In this document: piece by piece, positions 46,950-55,737 of the stretch
Layout of the letters: each line of letters starts with the position of its first letter
How positions within the stretch are numbered: position 1 is the stretch's first letter
Assembly (NCBI GenBank): GCA_038065655.1
Contig: JBBTQO010000001.1
Location: forward strand, 2,517-66,516
Direction: 5' to 3'
DNA: 64,000 bases
Source of the DNA: Patescibacteria group bacterium
Lineage (GTDB): Bacteria; Patescibacteriota; Minisyncoccia; Phycocordibacterales; WO2-35-19
Program-made: the position numbers and the translations under genes
The notes under the pieces: model-generated
What the model was told of the DNA's origin: nothing
Database searches by the model: none
What the model saw: the letters and a program-made list of their open reading frames with translations, nothing else

Positions 46950-48848
46950 TTAGCTTTTTGTCTCGTCTGGTTTCTCTTCTTCTTTCGGTTCTTCAGGTTT
47001 TGGCTCTTCTGATTTCTTTTCCTCGCTACTAGATGCTTGCTGTTGGCTGCTATTTTTCATATACTCCCCTATCTTTTGGATTTCTTTGGAGAGATTTTCG
47101 GTGGCAACTTTAATCGCTGAAATGTCATCTTTATCTTTTGTATTTTTTAATTCAGTCACTTTTTCTTCCACACCCTTTTTAATTTCTTCAGAAATTTTAC
47201 CTTCGGCGTCTTTGAGCGCTTTTTGGCTTGTGTAAATAAGCTGCTCGGCTAGGTTTTTGGCTTCAATCATTTCCTTCTTTTTGAGGTCATCAGTGGCGTG
47301 GGCTTCGGCATCTTTTTGCATTTTTTCAATTTCTTCTTTTGATAAGCCGGAGCTACCTTCTATTTTTATGGACTGTTCTTTTCCACTTGATTTGTCTTTG
47401 GCTTTGACGTTTAAAATACCATTGGCGTCAATGTCAAAAGTAACTTCAACTTGTGGCATACCACGGGGAGCCGGAGGAATACCGTCTAAAATAAAGCGAC
47501 CGAGTGTGCGATTGTCGGTGGCCAATGGTCTTTCTCCTTGAACTACGTGTATTTCAACGCTGGTTTGATTGTCAGCGGCGGTAGAAAATACTTGAGATTT
47601 GGAAGCTGGGATAGTGGTGTTTCTTTCAATAAGTTTGGTGGCTACGCTCCCCATAGTTTCGATACCTAGTGAAAGCGGGATAACATCAAGAAGCAAAATA
47701 TCCTTGACATCACCGCCTATGATACCACCCTGAATGGCGGCGCCTAAAGCAACCACTTCGTCGGGGTTGATACTTTTGTTTGACTCTTTGCCAAAAAACT
47801 TTTTAACTTCTTCAATTATTTTTGGCATACGAGTCTGACCTCCGACCAAAACTATTTCTTCGATTTCACCGACTTTAAAAGGCGAAGCTTCTATAGCGCG
47901 TTTGGTAATTTCCATTGCGCGTTGGATAAACTCATCAGCCAATTCTTCTAACTTGGCGCGGTTCATTTTAATTAACAAATGTCTTGGCCCGGAAGAGTCT
48001 GAGGTTATAAATGGAATATTAACTTCTGTGTCAGTGGCGGTGGAAAGCTCAATCTTGGCTTTTTCAGCGGCTTCGTCCAATCTTTGAAGAGCCAACGGGT
48101 CTTTGGTTATATCAATACCACTTTCTTTTTTAAATTCACTCGCTAACCAATGAATGATTTTTTGGTCTATGTCTTTACCACCGAGATGGGAGTCGCCGTC
48201 GGTCGCTTTTACCTCTACCACATCATCGCCCACTTCTAAAATAGAAATATCAAAAGTACCGCCACCGAAGTCAAAAACAGCGATCTGCTCGTTTTTCTTT
48301 TTATTAAATCCGTAAGCTAAGGCAGCGGCGGTCGGTTCGTTTATAATTCGGAGGACATCAAGACCAGCGATTTGACCAGCGTCTTTTGTTGCCTTCCTTT
48401 GAGCGTCGTTGAAATAAGCGGGCACAGTGATGATGGCTTGGGTAATCTTTTCGCCCAATTTGGCTTCGGCATCAGCTTTGAGTTTGGAAAGAATCATGGC
48501 GGAAATTTCTTCGGGTCGGTAAATGCTATCATTCATTTTGACTTGCACACTGCCGGTACTAGACGCGGAAATTTCAAAAGGCACAGTGTTCTTATCTTTT
48601 TGTACCGCTTCCTCTTTGAAATCGTGGCCGATAAATCTCTTGATGCCAAAAACGGTGTTTTGGGGATTGGTGACAGCTTGTCTGCGAGCCAAAAGGCCTA
48701 CCAGCCTCTCGCCGGTTTTGGAAATCGCGACAATAGAAGGTGTGGTGCGTGCCCCTTCAATATTTTCAATTATTTTTGGATTGCCGGCTTCCATCACAGC
48801 GACGGCACAGTTGGTTGTTCCTAAATCTATTCCTATGATTTTTGACAT
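46950..48848 (-). CDS. dnaK: Chaperone DnaK (Hsp70)
   Basis: 632 aa; [22 protein letters not shown], canonical Hsp70 motifs. Confidence 0.95.
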   Translation of the reverse strand: MSKIIGIDLGTTNCAVAVMEAGNPKIIENIEGARTTPSIVAISKTGERLVGLLARRQAVTNPQNTVFGIKRFIGHDFKEEAVQKDKNTVPFEISASSTGSVQVKMNDSIYRPEEISAMILSKLKADAEAKLGEKITQAIITVPAYFNDAQRKATKDAGQIAGLDVLRIINEPTAAALAYGFNKKKNEQIAVFDFGGGTFDISILEVGDDVVEVKATDGDSHLGGKDIDQKIIHWLASEFKKESGIDITKDPLALQRLDEAAEKAKIELSTATDTEVNIPFITSDSSGPRHLLIKMNRAKLEELADEFIQRAMEITKRAIEASPFKVGEIEEIVLVGGQTRMPKIIEEVKKFFGKESNKSINPDEVVALGAAIQGGIIGGDVKDILLLDVIPLSLGIETMGSVATKLIERNTTIPASKSQVFSTAADNQTSVEIHVVQGERPLATDNRTLGRFILDGIPPAPRGMPQVEVTFDIDANGILNVKAKDKSSGKEQSIKIEGSSGLSKEEIEKMQKDAEAHATDDLKKKEMIEAKNLAEQLIYTSQKALKDAEGKISEEIKKGVEEKVTELKNTKDKDDISAIKVATENLSKEIQKIGEYMKNSSQQQASSSEEKKSEEPKPEEPKEEEKPDETKS

Positions 48849-48909
48849 ATGATATACGAATTAATGAATAATTTTTGTTTTGTGAATCGAATTATACTCG
48901 TCCTCTAAT

Positions 48910-49449
48910 TTATTTCAACTCCCCGACTTTAACTTTAGGGGCGCGGATGATTTTGTTTTGGAGTTTGTAGCCGACACTCATTACCTCAATTATTTTGCCA
49001 TTATCTTTTTCATTTTCTACTGCTACATTTTCTATTGCTTCGTCTCTTTGGGGGTCAAACTGCTCACTGAGTGGATTTATAACGGAGACTCCGTGATTAC
49101 CCAAAACATTTATAAGCTGGCTGTGGATGTACTCTACTCCCCTTCTCCAATTTTCATCTACTTTTTCCCAAGCCTCTTTATTTTTAAAAGCTGAATCAAA
49201 TGAGTCTAAAACAGAAATGAGCTCAGTTGAAATATCTTCTTTGGCAAATTTAGTAAAATCCTTTTTTTCCTCGTCTAGTCTTTTTCTCAAATTTACTCCA
49301 TCAGCCCTTTCTTTTTGCCAGCCAGTCAAATATTCTTGGCTTTTTTCTTCTAGTTCTTTTATTTTTTGTCGCAGTTTTTTTATTAAAACGGCTGAATTAT
49401 TTTCTTCTGTTTCGTCAGAAAAAATTATGTCATTATTTTCATCTTGCAT
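48910..49449 (-). CDS. grpE: Nucleotide exchange factor GrpE
   Basis: 179 aa; coiled-coil N-terminus and C-terminal GrpE beta domain (..VISVGYKLQNKIIRAPKVKV). Confidence 0.85.
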   Translation of the reverse strand: MQDENNDIIFSDETEENNSAVLIKKLRQKIKELEEKSQEYLTGWQKERADGVNLRKRLDEEKKDFTKFAKEDISTELISVLDSFDSAFKNKEAWEKVDENWRRGVEYIHSQLINVLGNHGVSVINPLSEQFDPQRDEAIENVAVENEKDNGKIIEVMSVGYKLQNKIIRAPKVKVGELK

Positions 49450-49457
49450 ATTAATTT

Positions 49458-49871
49458 TTATCTCTTAGACCACTGAGGAGCTTTGCGGGCTTTTTTGAGG
49501 CCGAATTTGCGTCGTTCTTTGGCTCGGGGGTCGCGTTTTAGGAAACCGGCGGTTTTGATTTTGGTTTTGAACGATTCGTCATGTTTGACTAAGGTGCGAG
49601 CAATGCCGTGCCTTATAGCTTCAGCCTGAGAGTGGACACCGCCGCCTTTAACATTTATGGTAATAGTGAAATTACCAGCTTTTACTTTGTTTAGTGCTTC
49701 TTCTATCACTTTTCGAAGTTCAGCTGTTGGGAAATATGAAGCCAGGTCGCGGTCATTTATTTTGAAAGTATTTTTAGCAGACGGAGTGATGCGTACTCTA
49801 GCGACTGAGGTTTTCCTTCTGCCTACCGCTTCTATGTATCGCTCAGTTTTTGTTTTTTCTTTTGTTGTCAT
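49458..49871 (-). CDS. rpsI: 30S ribosomal protein S9
   Basis: C-terminus RRKFGLKKARKAPQWSKR is canonical S9. Confidence 0.9.
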   Translation of the reverse strand: MTTKEKTKTERYIEAVGRRKTSVARVRITPSAKNTFKINDRDLASYFPTAELRKVIEEALNKVKAGNFTITINVKGGGVHSQAEAIRHGIARTLVKHDESFKTKIKTAGFLKRDPRAKERRKFGLKKARKAPQWSKR

Positions 49872-49872
49872 A

Positions 49873-50217
49873 TTAATTCAGTATTATTAAATTTTTCATC
49901 ATTCTATCTCGCAACTTGTTTTTTGGGAGCATACCTTTGATAGCAATCCGCAAAGTCTCTTTCATTCCTTTATCAGCCACTACTTTTTTCATAGTTCTTT
50001 CCCGCAAGCCACCAGGATAGCCAGAATAATTTTTGTATATTTTTTGATTCAACTTTTTGTTGGTGACAGAAATCTTTGAAGCGTTTATCACTTTCAATTT
50101 TAATTCAGGGATGGCATTACGAACAAAATCAGCGCGATTTTTGCCTATCAAGATAACGGCGATTTCGCTGGCCAATCTGCCTAACTTTTTATTTTGTGCG
50201 TCAATTTCGTAATTCAT
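49873..50217 (-). CDS. rplM: 50S ribosomal protein L13 (short form)
   Basis: 114 aa; L13-like N-terminal region (..GRLASEIAVILIGKN..); shorter than typical bacterial L13. Confidence 0.75.
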   Translation of the reverse strand: MNYEIDAQNKKLGRLASEIAVILIGKNRADFVRNAIPELKLKVINASKISVTNKKLNQKIYKNYSGYPGGLRERTMKKVVADKGMKETLRIAIKGMLPKNKLRDRMMKNLIILN

Positions 50218-50226
50218 AAATATTTG

Positions 50227-50574
50227 TTATACAAACTCTATTATTGCCATCTTGCTACCGTCGGAAAGTCTGGGTTTGGTTTTGGTAATTCGCAAATAAC
50301 CACCCTTTTGGTCCATATATTTTTTTAAAAGTGTGTCCATCAGTATTTTTGTGGCATTTGGCCCCACTTTTTCAATGATAGCTCTTCGGGCAGCCACTGT
50401 CTGAGCCTTGCCTTTGGTCACTAATTTTTCTACAAATGGTCTGATCTCTTTGGCTTTTGGTTCGGTGGTTCTCATCTTTTGGTGCAATATTAATGAACGA
50501 GCAAGTGAATTTATCAAAGCTTTTCTTACTTTGCGCACTCTGCTAAATTTTCTGTTTGCGTTGTGGTGTCTCAT
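50227..50574 (-). CDS. rplQ: 50S ribosomal protein L17
   Basis: MRHHNANRKFSRVRKVRKALINSLARSLILHQKMRTTEPKAKEIRPFVEKL canonical L17. Confidence 0.9.
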   Translation of the reverse strand: MRHHNANRKFSRVRKVRKALINSLARSLILHQKMRTTEPKAKEIRPFVEKLVTKGKAQTVAARRAIIEKVGPNATKILMDTLLKKYMDQKGGYLRITKTKPRLSDGSKMAIIEFV

Positions 50575-51563
50575 TACTTTAATGTGATTCCGTGTTCTCC
50601 TAAAACCCTTTTAATTTCGGCAACTCCTTTGGCTCCCAAACCTTCTACTTCCAAGATATCCTTCTCTTTCTTTCTAGCCAAACCGCCGATAGTTCTGATG
50701 TTGGCGCTAGAAAGAGCGTTCAAAGTTCGAGCGGAAAGGTTTAGGTTTTCAATGCGAGTTTTCAAAAACTCCGGGTCCATTTTTTGAGTGCTATTATCAC
50801 TATCTTCTTTGCCACCTTCGGAATCTTCAGTTGCTAGTTTCTCGCTTACTTCTTCTTTGTCTTCAAACCCGGTAATAGCCTTCAATTGTTCTATCATAAT
50901 GTTGATAGAACTTTCAAGGGCCTCTCTTGGGGTGAGACTGCCGTCGGTTTCCATAGATATTCTTAGACGATTGAAGTCAGTACGGTCACCAACTCGCATA
51001 TTTTCTACTTCGTAACTAACTTTTAGGATTGGAGTGAAGTTTGCGTCTAAAATAATGGTGCCAATATCAACTTTATTTTTACCAATCATATCGCGACCAA
51101 CAAAACCTAGACCTTTTTCCACAGTCATTTCCATATTTAATTCTGAATCTTTGTCGGTTAAAGTAGCAATCACCATTTCGGGATTTATGATTTCTACTTG
51201 TCCGGGTGCTTCAATGTCTTTAGCGGTGACCGTCTTTACCCCTTTAGCTTTTATGGAAAGAGTTTGGGGTTCGTCGGTCAGCATCTTGATGCGAAGTTTT
51301 TTTATATTAAGCATTATCATTACCAAATCCTCCTTGATTCCTTTGATTGAAGAAAATTCGTGCTCGACTCCGTCTATCTTGATTGAGGTGATGGCGGCTC
51401 CGGGTAGAGATGACAAAATAATACGACGCAAACTGTTGCCAATGGTAAATCCATAGCCGGGATAAAATCCGTCAATCTCATAAATTCCTCTGCTTTCTTC
51501 TTCCAAAATAATTTTTGGTCTTGAAGGCAATATAATAGCTTTGTCAAAATTGTCCGTAGTCAT
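50574..51563 (-). CDS. rpoA: DNA-directed RNA polymerase subunit alpha
   Basis: 329 aa; N-terminal dimerisation domain and C-terminal alphaCTD (LSARTLNALSSANIRTIGGL). Confidence 0.9.
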   Translation of the reverse strand: MTTDNFDKAIILPSRPKIILEEESRGIYEIDGFYPGYGFTIGNSLRRIILSSLPGAAITSIKIDGVEHEFSSIKGIKEDLVMIMLNIKKLRIKMLTDEPQTLSIKAKGVKTVTAKDIEAPGQVEIINPEMVIATLTDKDSELNMEMTVEKGLGFVGRDMIGKNKVDIGTIILDANFTPILKVSYEVENMRVGDRTDFNRLRISMETDGSLTPREALESSINIMIEQLKAITGFEDKEEVSEKLATEDSEGGKEDSDNSTQKMDPEFLKTRIENLNLSARTLNALSSANIRTIGGLARKKEKDILEVEGLGAKGVAEIKRVLGEHGITLK

Positions 51564-51601
51564 AATATTAAAAAATTAGAGTTATAAAATTTCTATTTAA
51601 A

Positions 51602-52216
51602 TTATCTTTGATAATATTCAATCACTTGACCGAGATTGAATATTAGGTCAGCTTTTTCAGTGAAAGAGCCGTCCTTGACGTTAATTTCTTTCTTGTCTTC
51701 ATCCCAAGATAGCCAATTTATCATCAAAGTTTCGGTTTTTTTGTCTGCGACATCGCTAAACAATTTGCTGGCGCGGCTGCCTTCACGAATACTGATTTTG
51801 TCTCCATTTTTGACAGAAAAGGATGGAACATAAACCTTTTTACCGTTAACCAAAAAATGACCATGAGAGACAGCTTGTCTGGCAGATAAGTGAGTTGGCA
51901 AGATACCGGCTCTCCAAACGACATTATCAAGACGGTGCTCCAAAGATTTCAAAAGATTGACCGCTGGTGAATTGGTTTTTTTGGCTAAAGCTTGTTTAAC
52001 GTATTTAGCAAATTGTTTTTCGGTAACACAATAAAACATTCTAGCTTTTTGTTTTTCGTTTAGCTGAATACCAAAATCAGTTTTTGGTCGACCAAAAGAT
52101 TTCTTCCTACCTTTGCCCTTGCGTTCTTCACGAAGAGCAAACTTTTGGGTTTGAGTTTTTTCAAAGATAGGGGCTTTTAGTCTGCGGGCTATTTTGTATT
52201 TTGGACCAATTTTCAT
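51602..52216 (-). CDS. rpsD: 30S ribosomal protein S4
   Basis: 204 aa; S4 domain (SRLDNVVWRAGILPTHLSARQAVSHGHFLVNGKKV). Confidence 0.9.
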   Translation of the reverse strand: MKIGPKYKIARRLKAPIFEKTQTQKFALREERKGKGRKKSFGRPKTDFGIQLNEKQKARMFYCVTEKQFAKYVKQALAKKTNSPAVNLLKSLEHRLDNVVWRAGILPTHLSARQAVSHGHFLVNGKKVYVPSFSVKNGDKISIREGSRASKLFSDVADKKTETLMINWLSWDEDKKEINVKDGSFTEKADLIFNLGQVIEYYQR

Positions 52217-52230
52217 ATATTTTTTATAAA

Positions 52231-52674
52231 TTAAACTCTCCTTGGTTTCTTTGGTTTTGGACCGTTATGAGGAACAGGGGTGACATCTTTTATAGAAGTG
52301 ATATTTATTCCTTTTGAAATAAAACCTCTAATTCCTGACTCTCTACCCGAACCGACACCTCGCACTACTACTGAAATCTCTTTGATGCCAAGGGTTTGCG
52401 CTTTAATACCTAAGGTTTCGCCGACCTTAGCGGCCGCAAAGGGAGTACCTTTCTTAGCTCCTTTAAATCCTAAACTGCCGCTGGAAGCGGTGGCGATGAC
52501 ATTGCCTTTTTTATCGGTCAGTATAAGCGCGGTGTTGTTGTAGGTTGATTGAACATGTAAAATACCGGTGTCAAACCTCTTCTTGCCAGAAACCGCAGCA
52601 ACTGAGACATCTTTTGTCTCGACTGTTTTTTCTGTCCCTTCCTCTTCTGTTTTAACGATTCTTTTCTTTCCCAT
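52231..52674 (-). CDS. rpsK: 30S ribosomal protein S11
   Basis: 147 aa; ..GFKGAKKGTPFAA.. and C-terminus TPVPHNGPKPKKPRRV canonical S11. Confidence 0.9.
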   Translation of the reverse strand: MGKKRIVKTEEEGTEKTVETKDVSVAAVSGKKRFDTGILHVQSTYNNTALILTDKKGNVIATASSGSLGFKGAKKGTPFAAAKVGETLGIKAQTLGIKEISVVVRGVGSGRESGIRGFISKGINITSIKDVTPVPHNGPKPKKPRRV

Positions 52675-52683
52675 AATTATAAA

Positions 52684-53064
52684 TTATTTTTTATCAACTG
52701 CTCGACGACCGGTACCCATAGTCTTTCGGGTATTACCTCTACGAGTTCGAGAGTTTGTTTTCGTTCTCTGGCCTCTGGTTGGTAGGACGCGACTATGTCT
52801 TACTCCACGGTAACATTTTATATCTTTTAGTCGTTTGATGTTTCCGGAAATTTCTCTTTTTAAATCACCTTCAATTTTTAAACTTTCTACTATTTTTCTG
52901 ATCTCGTTTTCTTTTTCTTGACTCAAATCTTTTGCTCTGGCGCCCCAGTCTACTTTAGCTTTATCTAAAATTTGTTGAGCGCGAGAACGGCCGACTCCAA
53001 AAAGAGTGGTCAGCCCAATTTCAAGTCTCTTTGTTTCTGGTATTGTAATTCCTAAAATTCTCAT
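52684..53064 (-). CDS. rpsM: 30S ribosomal protein S13
   Basis: MRILGITIPETKRLEIGLTTLFGVGRSRAQQIL canonical S13. Confidence 0.9.
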   Translation of the reverse strand: MRILGITIPETKRLEIGLTTLFGVGRSRAQQILDKAKVDWGARAKDLSQEKENEIRKIVESLKIEGDLKREISGNIKRLKDIKCYRGVRHSRVLPTRGQRTKTNSRTRRGNTRKTMGTGRRAVDKK

Positions 53065-53076
53065 ATTTTTGTCTTT

Positions 53077-53193
53077 TTATCCTTGTCTTTGTTTATGTTT
53101 TGGGTTACTTTTGCAAACTACAAATAAAACGCCTCCTCGGCGAACTAATTGGCATTTTGGACACATCTTTTTTATTGAAGCCTTTACTTTCAT
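53077..53193 (-). CDS. rpmJ: 50S ribosomal protein L36
   Basis: Not in the ORF track (38 aa). Manual minus-strand translation: [38 protein letters not shown], canonical L36 with C-x2-C...C...H zinc ribbon. Confidence 0.85.
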   Translation of the reverse strand: MKVKASIKKMCPKCQLVRRGGVLFVVCKSNPKHKQRQG

Positions 53194-53202
53194 TTTTATG
53201 AA

Positions 53203-53433
53203 TCAAACTATTTTTCTATTATCAAGTCTGTGCACAATCCTCCCCTTCCCCCCATAAGGGTCGAGAACAACCTCTACAGAATCGCCGATTAAAACTTTGA
53301 TTCTGTTCATCCTCATTTTACCGGACAAATACGCTAGTATTTCTTGTTCTTTAAATTTAACACGGAAAAACGCATTTGGAAGCGCTTCCATTACCATACC
53401 AACACTTGTCTCTGGTCGCTCTTTTTCAATCAT
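53203..53433 (-). CDS. infA: Translation initiation factor IF-1
   Basis: 76 aa; S1-like OB fold; ..GKMRMNRIKVLIGDSVEVVLDPYGGKGRIVHR canonical IF-1. Confidence 0.9.
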   Translation of the reverse strand: MIEKERPETSVGMVMEALPNAFFRVKFKEQEILAYLSGKMRMNRIKVLIGDSVEVVLDPYGGKGRIVHRLDNRKIV

Positions 53434-53480
53434 TTTAACAATGCAAAGAGGTTATCATATAAACCTTATCAATGTCAAGC

Positions 53481-54908
53481 TTATTTAGCGACAACGACTT
53501 GGACACGTATTTTTGATGAATCAGTAGGAAATGTCCGTTTCCAAATAGGCCTTATTACTGCGGTTATACTCGAAATACCGGCAAATTCATCCATTATTTT
53601 CTGGAGGTCCTTTTTTGGAGCTCCTAGTAGTTTTTGGCTTATAGTATCTGTGTTTATCTCTGCCCAAGCTAGAACTCGGCCTTTTATTTGTAGGCTTATT
53701 TTCTCGCTACCCTCTAAATTGCCAGCTATCTTTTCAACCACTAAAGGAGAGAAATCAATAATTTGAGATTTTATATTATTCCAGCTATCAAATTCGGAAG
53801 CATAAGCTACAATTATTTTGTCTGATAATTCTTTTTTATTTAACATCAGGGCATAAGCGGTAATCTCTTTTCCTACCAAAACAGATGAAGACTCTTCTTT
53901 TTGAGGTAATTCTCTGGATTTGTAAATAATAGAATTGGATAATAATACTAACTCCACTGGTACTTTTGATTGCAATTCTTTTTCTAAATCGACTTGTATC
54001 TCTGTGTCGATATTTTGCATAGCTACTTGCTTTTCGGTTGGAAGCACCGTTTTCATTTTGCCAACGAATCCACCAGTCATCTCAGTGGCAGATCTAGCAT
54101 AAAAATTGTTGTAACGCTGAGGGTCGCTCTTAAAACCGGGGATAATAAAATCAGTCTTGCCTATGTTGTACTTTTCTCCCGGTTCATCGGCAAAAACTTC
54201 CACTTCTATACTGCCGGGAGTTTCGGCGCCATTTTTGGTTGTTTTGCCTGGTACCACTATTGATTCGGGGATTCTAAAAATAAGACCTTCTTTAGTTTCA
54301 AATCGGGTGCGAATGATTAATCTTTGAGGTTGGGAGGAAAAATTGTTGTAAACTATTATTTTACCAGAAGACTTAAGTTCAACAGCTTCCTCACCGGTAG
54401 CAGGGATAGAGACTGTTTTAGATTTGGCAAGTTTAACAACTTCATATCTAACACCCCCTTTCTCTATTTCTTTTACACCAGCTATCTCAGTGGCTACGTT
54501 AAGGTTTTGACTTCTGGGTGTGATATTGACTGTAGCTGAGGCAAACACAGTCATCATTCCTACTATGAAAATAACAATCAACACAGCAATAATGCTACCA
54601 AATATCCACGTTTTCTTTCTTGATTTGGTTGAGCCGTTATTGTAATTTGATACTTCTTTATTTTTTGGGTAATAATATTCGTAAGCGTTGTTGCTTTTAT
54701 TTTCTGTAATCTCTGACCCTTTGGTTTCAAAAGTCGGAGTATTCAATGGCATAGGGGCAATCTTTGGAGGCGGTGTTATTTCTGGTTTGATATTAATAGG
54801 CGCTTTTCTTTTGCCGCCATTGGGAATAGGAATATCCCTAATGCTTCGTCTATTGTCTGGTGGAGTAACATCACTAAATTGTATTCTTGGCATAACTTTA
54901 TTATACAC
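53481..54908 (-). CDS. Hypothetical membrane-anchored protein (Pro-rich cytoplasmic N-terminus, single TM, large extracytoplasmic domain)
   Basis: 475 aa; TM helix WIFGSIIAVLIVIFIVGMMTVF; no recognisable catalytic motif. Confidence 0.4.
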   Translation of the reverse strand: MYNKVMPRIQFSDVTPPDNRRSIRDIPIPNGGKRKAPINIKPEITPPPKIAPMPLNTPTFETKGSEITENKSNNAYEYYYPKNKEVSNYNNGSTKSRKKTWIFGSIIAVLIVIFIVGMMTVFASATVNITPRSQNLNVATEIAGVKEIEKGGVRYEVVKLAKSKTVSIPATGEEAVELKSSGKIIVYNNFSSQPQRLIIRTRFETKEGLIFRIPESIVVPGKTTKNGAETPGSIEVEVFADEPGEKYNIGKTDFIIPGFKSDPQRYNNFYARSATEMTGGFVGKMKTVLPTEKQVAMQNIDTEIQVDLEKELQSKVPVELVLLSNSIIYKSRELPQKEESSSVLVGKEITAYALMLNKKELSDKIIVAYASEFDSWNNIKSQIIDFSPLVVEKIAGNLEGSEKISLQIKGRVLAWAEINTDTISQKLLGAPKKDLQKIMDEFAGISSITAVIRPIWKRTFPTDSSKIRVQVVVAK

Positions 54909-54951
54909 CCACTCTTTGCATTTTGTGCAACAAATATGTGGAAAAATAAAA

Positions 54952-55692
54952 TTAGTCGGTTAAATTGTTCCCAACGTCGGACGTTTGGATATCAAAATTG
55001 TTGGGGTTAAGCGATAACCATTCAAATATTTCTTTTTTTAATATTTTTGGATCTACGAAATATTCTGGAAAATCTTTTTTAGACAAAATTTCTTTTTCCA
55101 TTCTATTTTTCCCACAGTAATCTTGATAACTACTCCACCCATAATCTTCTAAAAACTTTTTTGCCTTTTCTATATCTTTGATACCATTTTCTTTCCACAT
55201 TGGATCAATAAGTTTTACTGGATTTAGATGAATGTAAGAAAAAATGTATTTTGAGTATGGATCAGTGTCTACATAAGAACCTTTAAAATTAGTTTCAAAA
55301 AGTCCACCAGTACGTTTATATTTTGTATTGAAATATTTTGAATAAGAAGTGCAAAGTTTTTTCATAAAAAGACTTATTCCGTTCCTTTTGTGTTTCTCAC
55401 TAATGTTGGACGTTTGTTCAGGGGAAATAGTTATGAGGAGATGAAAATGATTTGGCATGAGGACCCATGCACCGATTGAAACAATTGGTTTTCCTCTGTC
55501 AAATTCCCAAACATCTATTTTTCTTCTAACTATGTCCTCTCTAAAGTTAATATATTTTTTTGAGTTAGAGAGATATAGCATTTTTACAAATCTTTTTCTA
55601 TCATAATCATCAAGAAAAATATTTTGTTTACTATTTCCTCTATTATAGAGATGGTAAAACTCACCTTCTACAAAAGGTTCTTTTCTTTGCAT
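54952..55692 (-). CDS. Second REP-associated tyrosine transposase (RAYT; IS200-like Y1 transposase), distinct family from the one at 2690
   Basis: 246 aa; YHLYNRGN and HuH motif LMPNHFHLLITI; flanked by direct copies of cccaa(c/t)gtcggacgtttggatat (54962-54984 within its 3' end; 55713-55736 upstream of the start). Confidence 0.8.
   Translation of the reverse strand: MQRKEPFVEGEFYHLYNRGNSKQNIFLDDYDRKRFVKMLYLSNSKKYINFREDIVRRKIDVWEFDRGKPIVSIGAWVLMPNHFHLLITISPEQTSNISEKHKRNGISLFMKKLCTSYSKYFNTKYKRTGGLFETNFKGSYVDTDPYSKYIFSYIHLNPVKLIDPMWKENGIKDIEKAKKFLEDYGWSSYQDYCGKNRMEKEILSKKDFPEYFVDPKILKKEIFEWLSLNPNNFDIQTSDVGNNLTD
54962..54984. repeat. REP family-2 element (cccaacgtcggacgtttggatat) overlapping the RAYT-2 C-terminal codons
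   Basis: Near-palindromic core aacgtc-g-gacgtt; same sequence at 55713-55736; inverted doublet at 63598-63643. Confidence 0.6.
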
Positions 55693-55712
55693 ATAAATAT
55701 TTTAACACACTT

Positions 55713-55736
55713 CCCAATGTCGGACGTTTGGATATG
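55713..55736. repeat. REP family-2 element (cccaatgtcggacgtttggatatg) between alaS stop and RAYT-2 start
   Basis: Direct repeat of the 54962-54984 copy, 21 bp upstream of the RAYT-2 start codon. Confidence 0.6.
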
Positions 55737-55737
55737 A

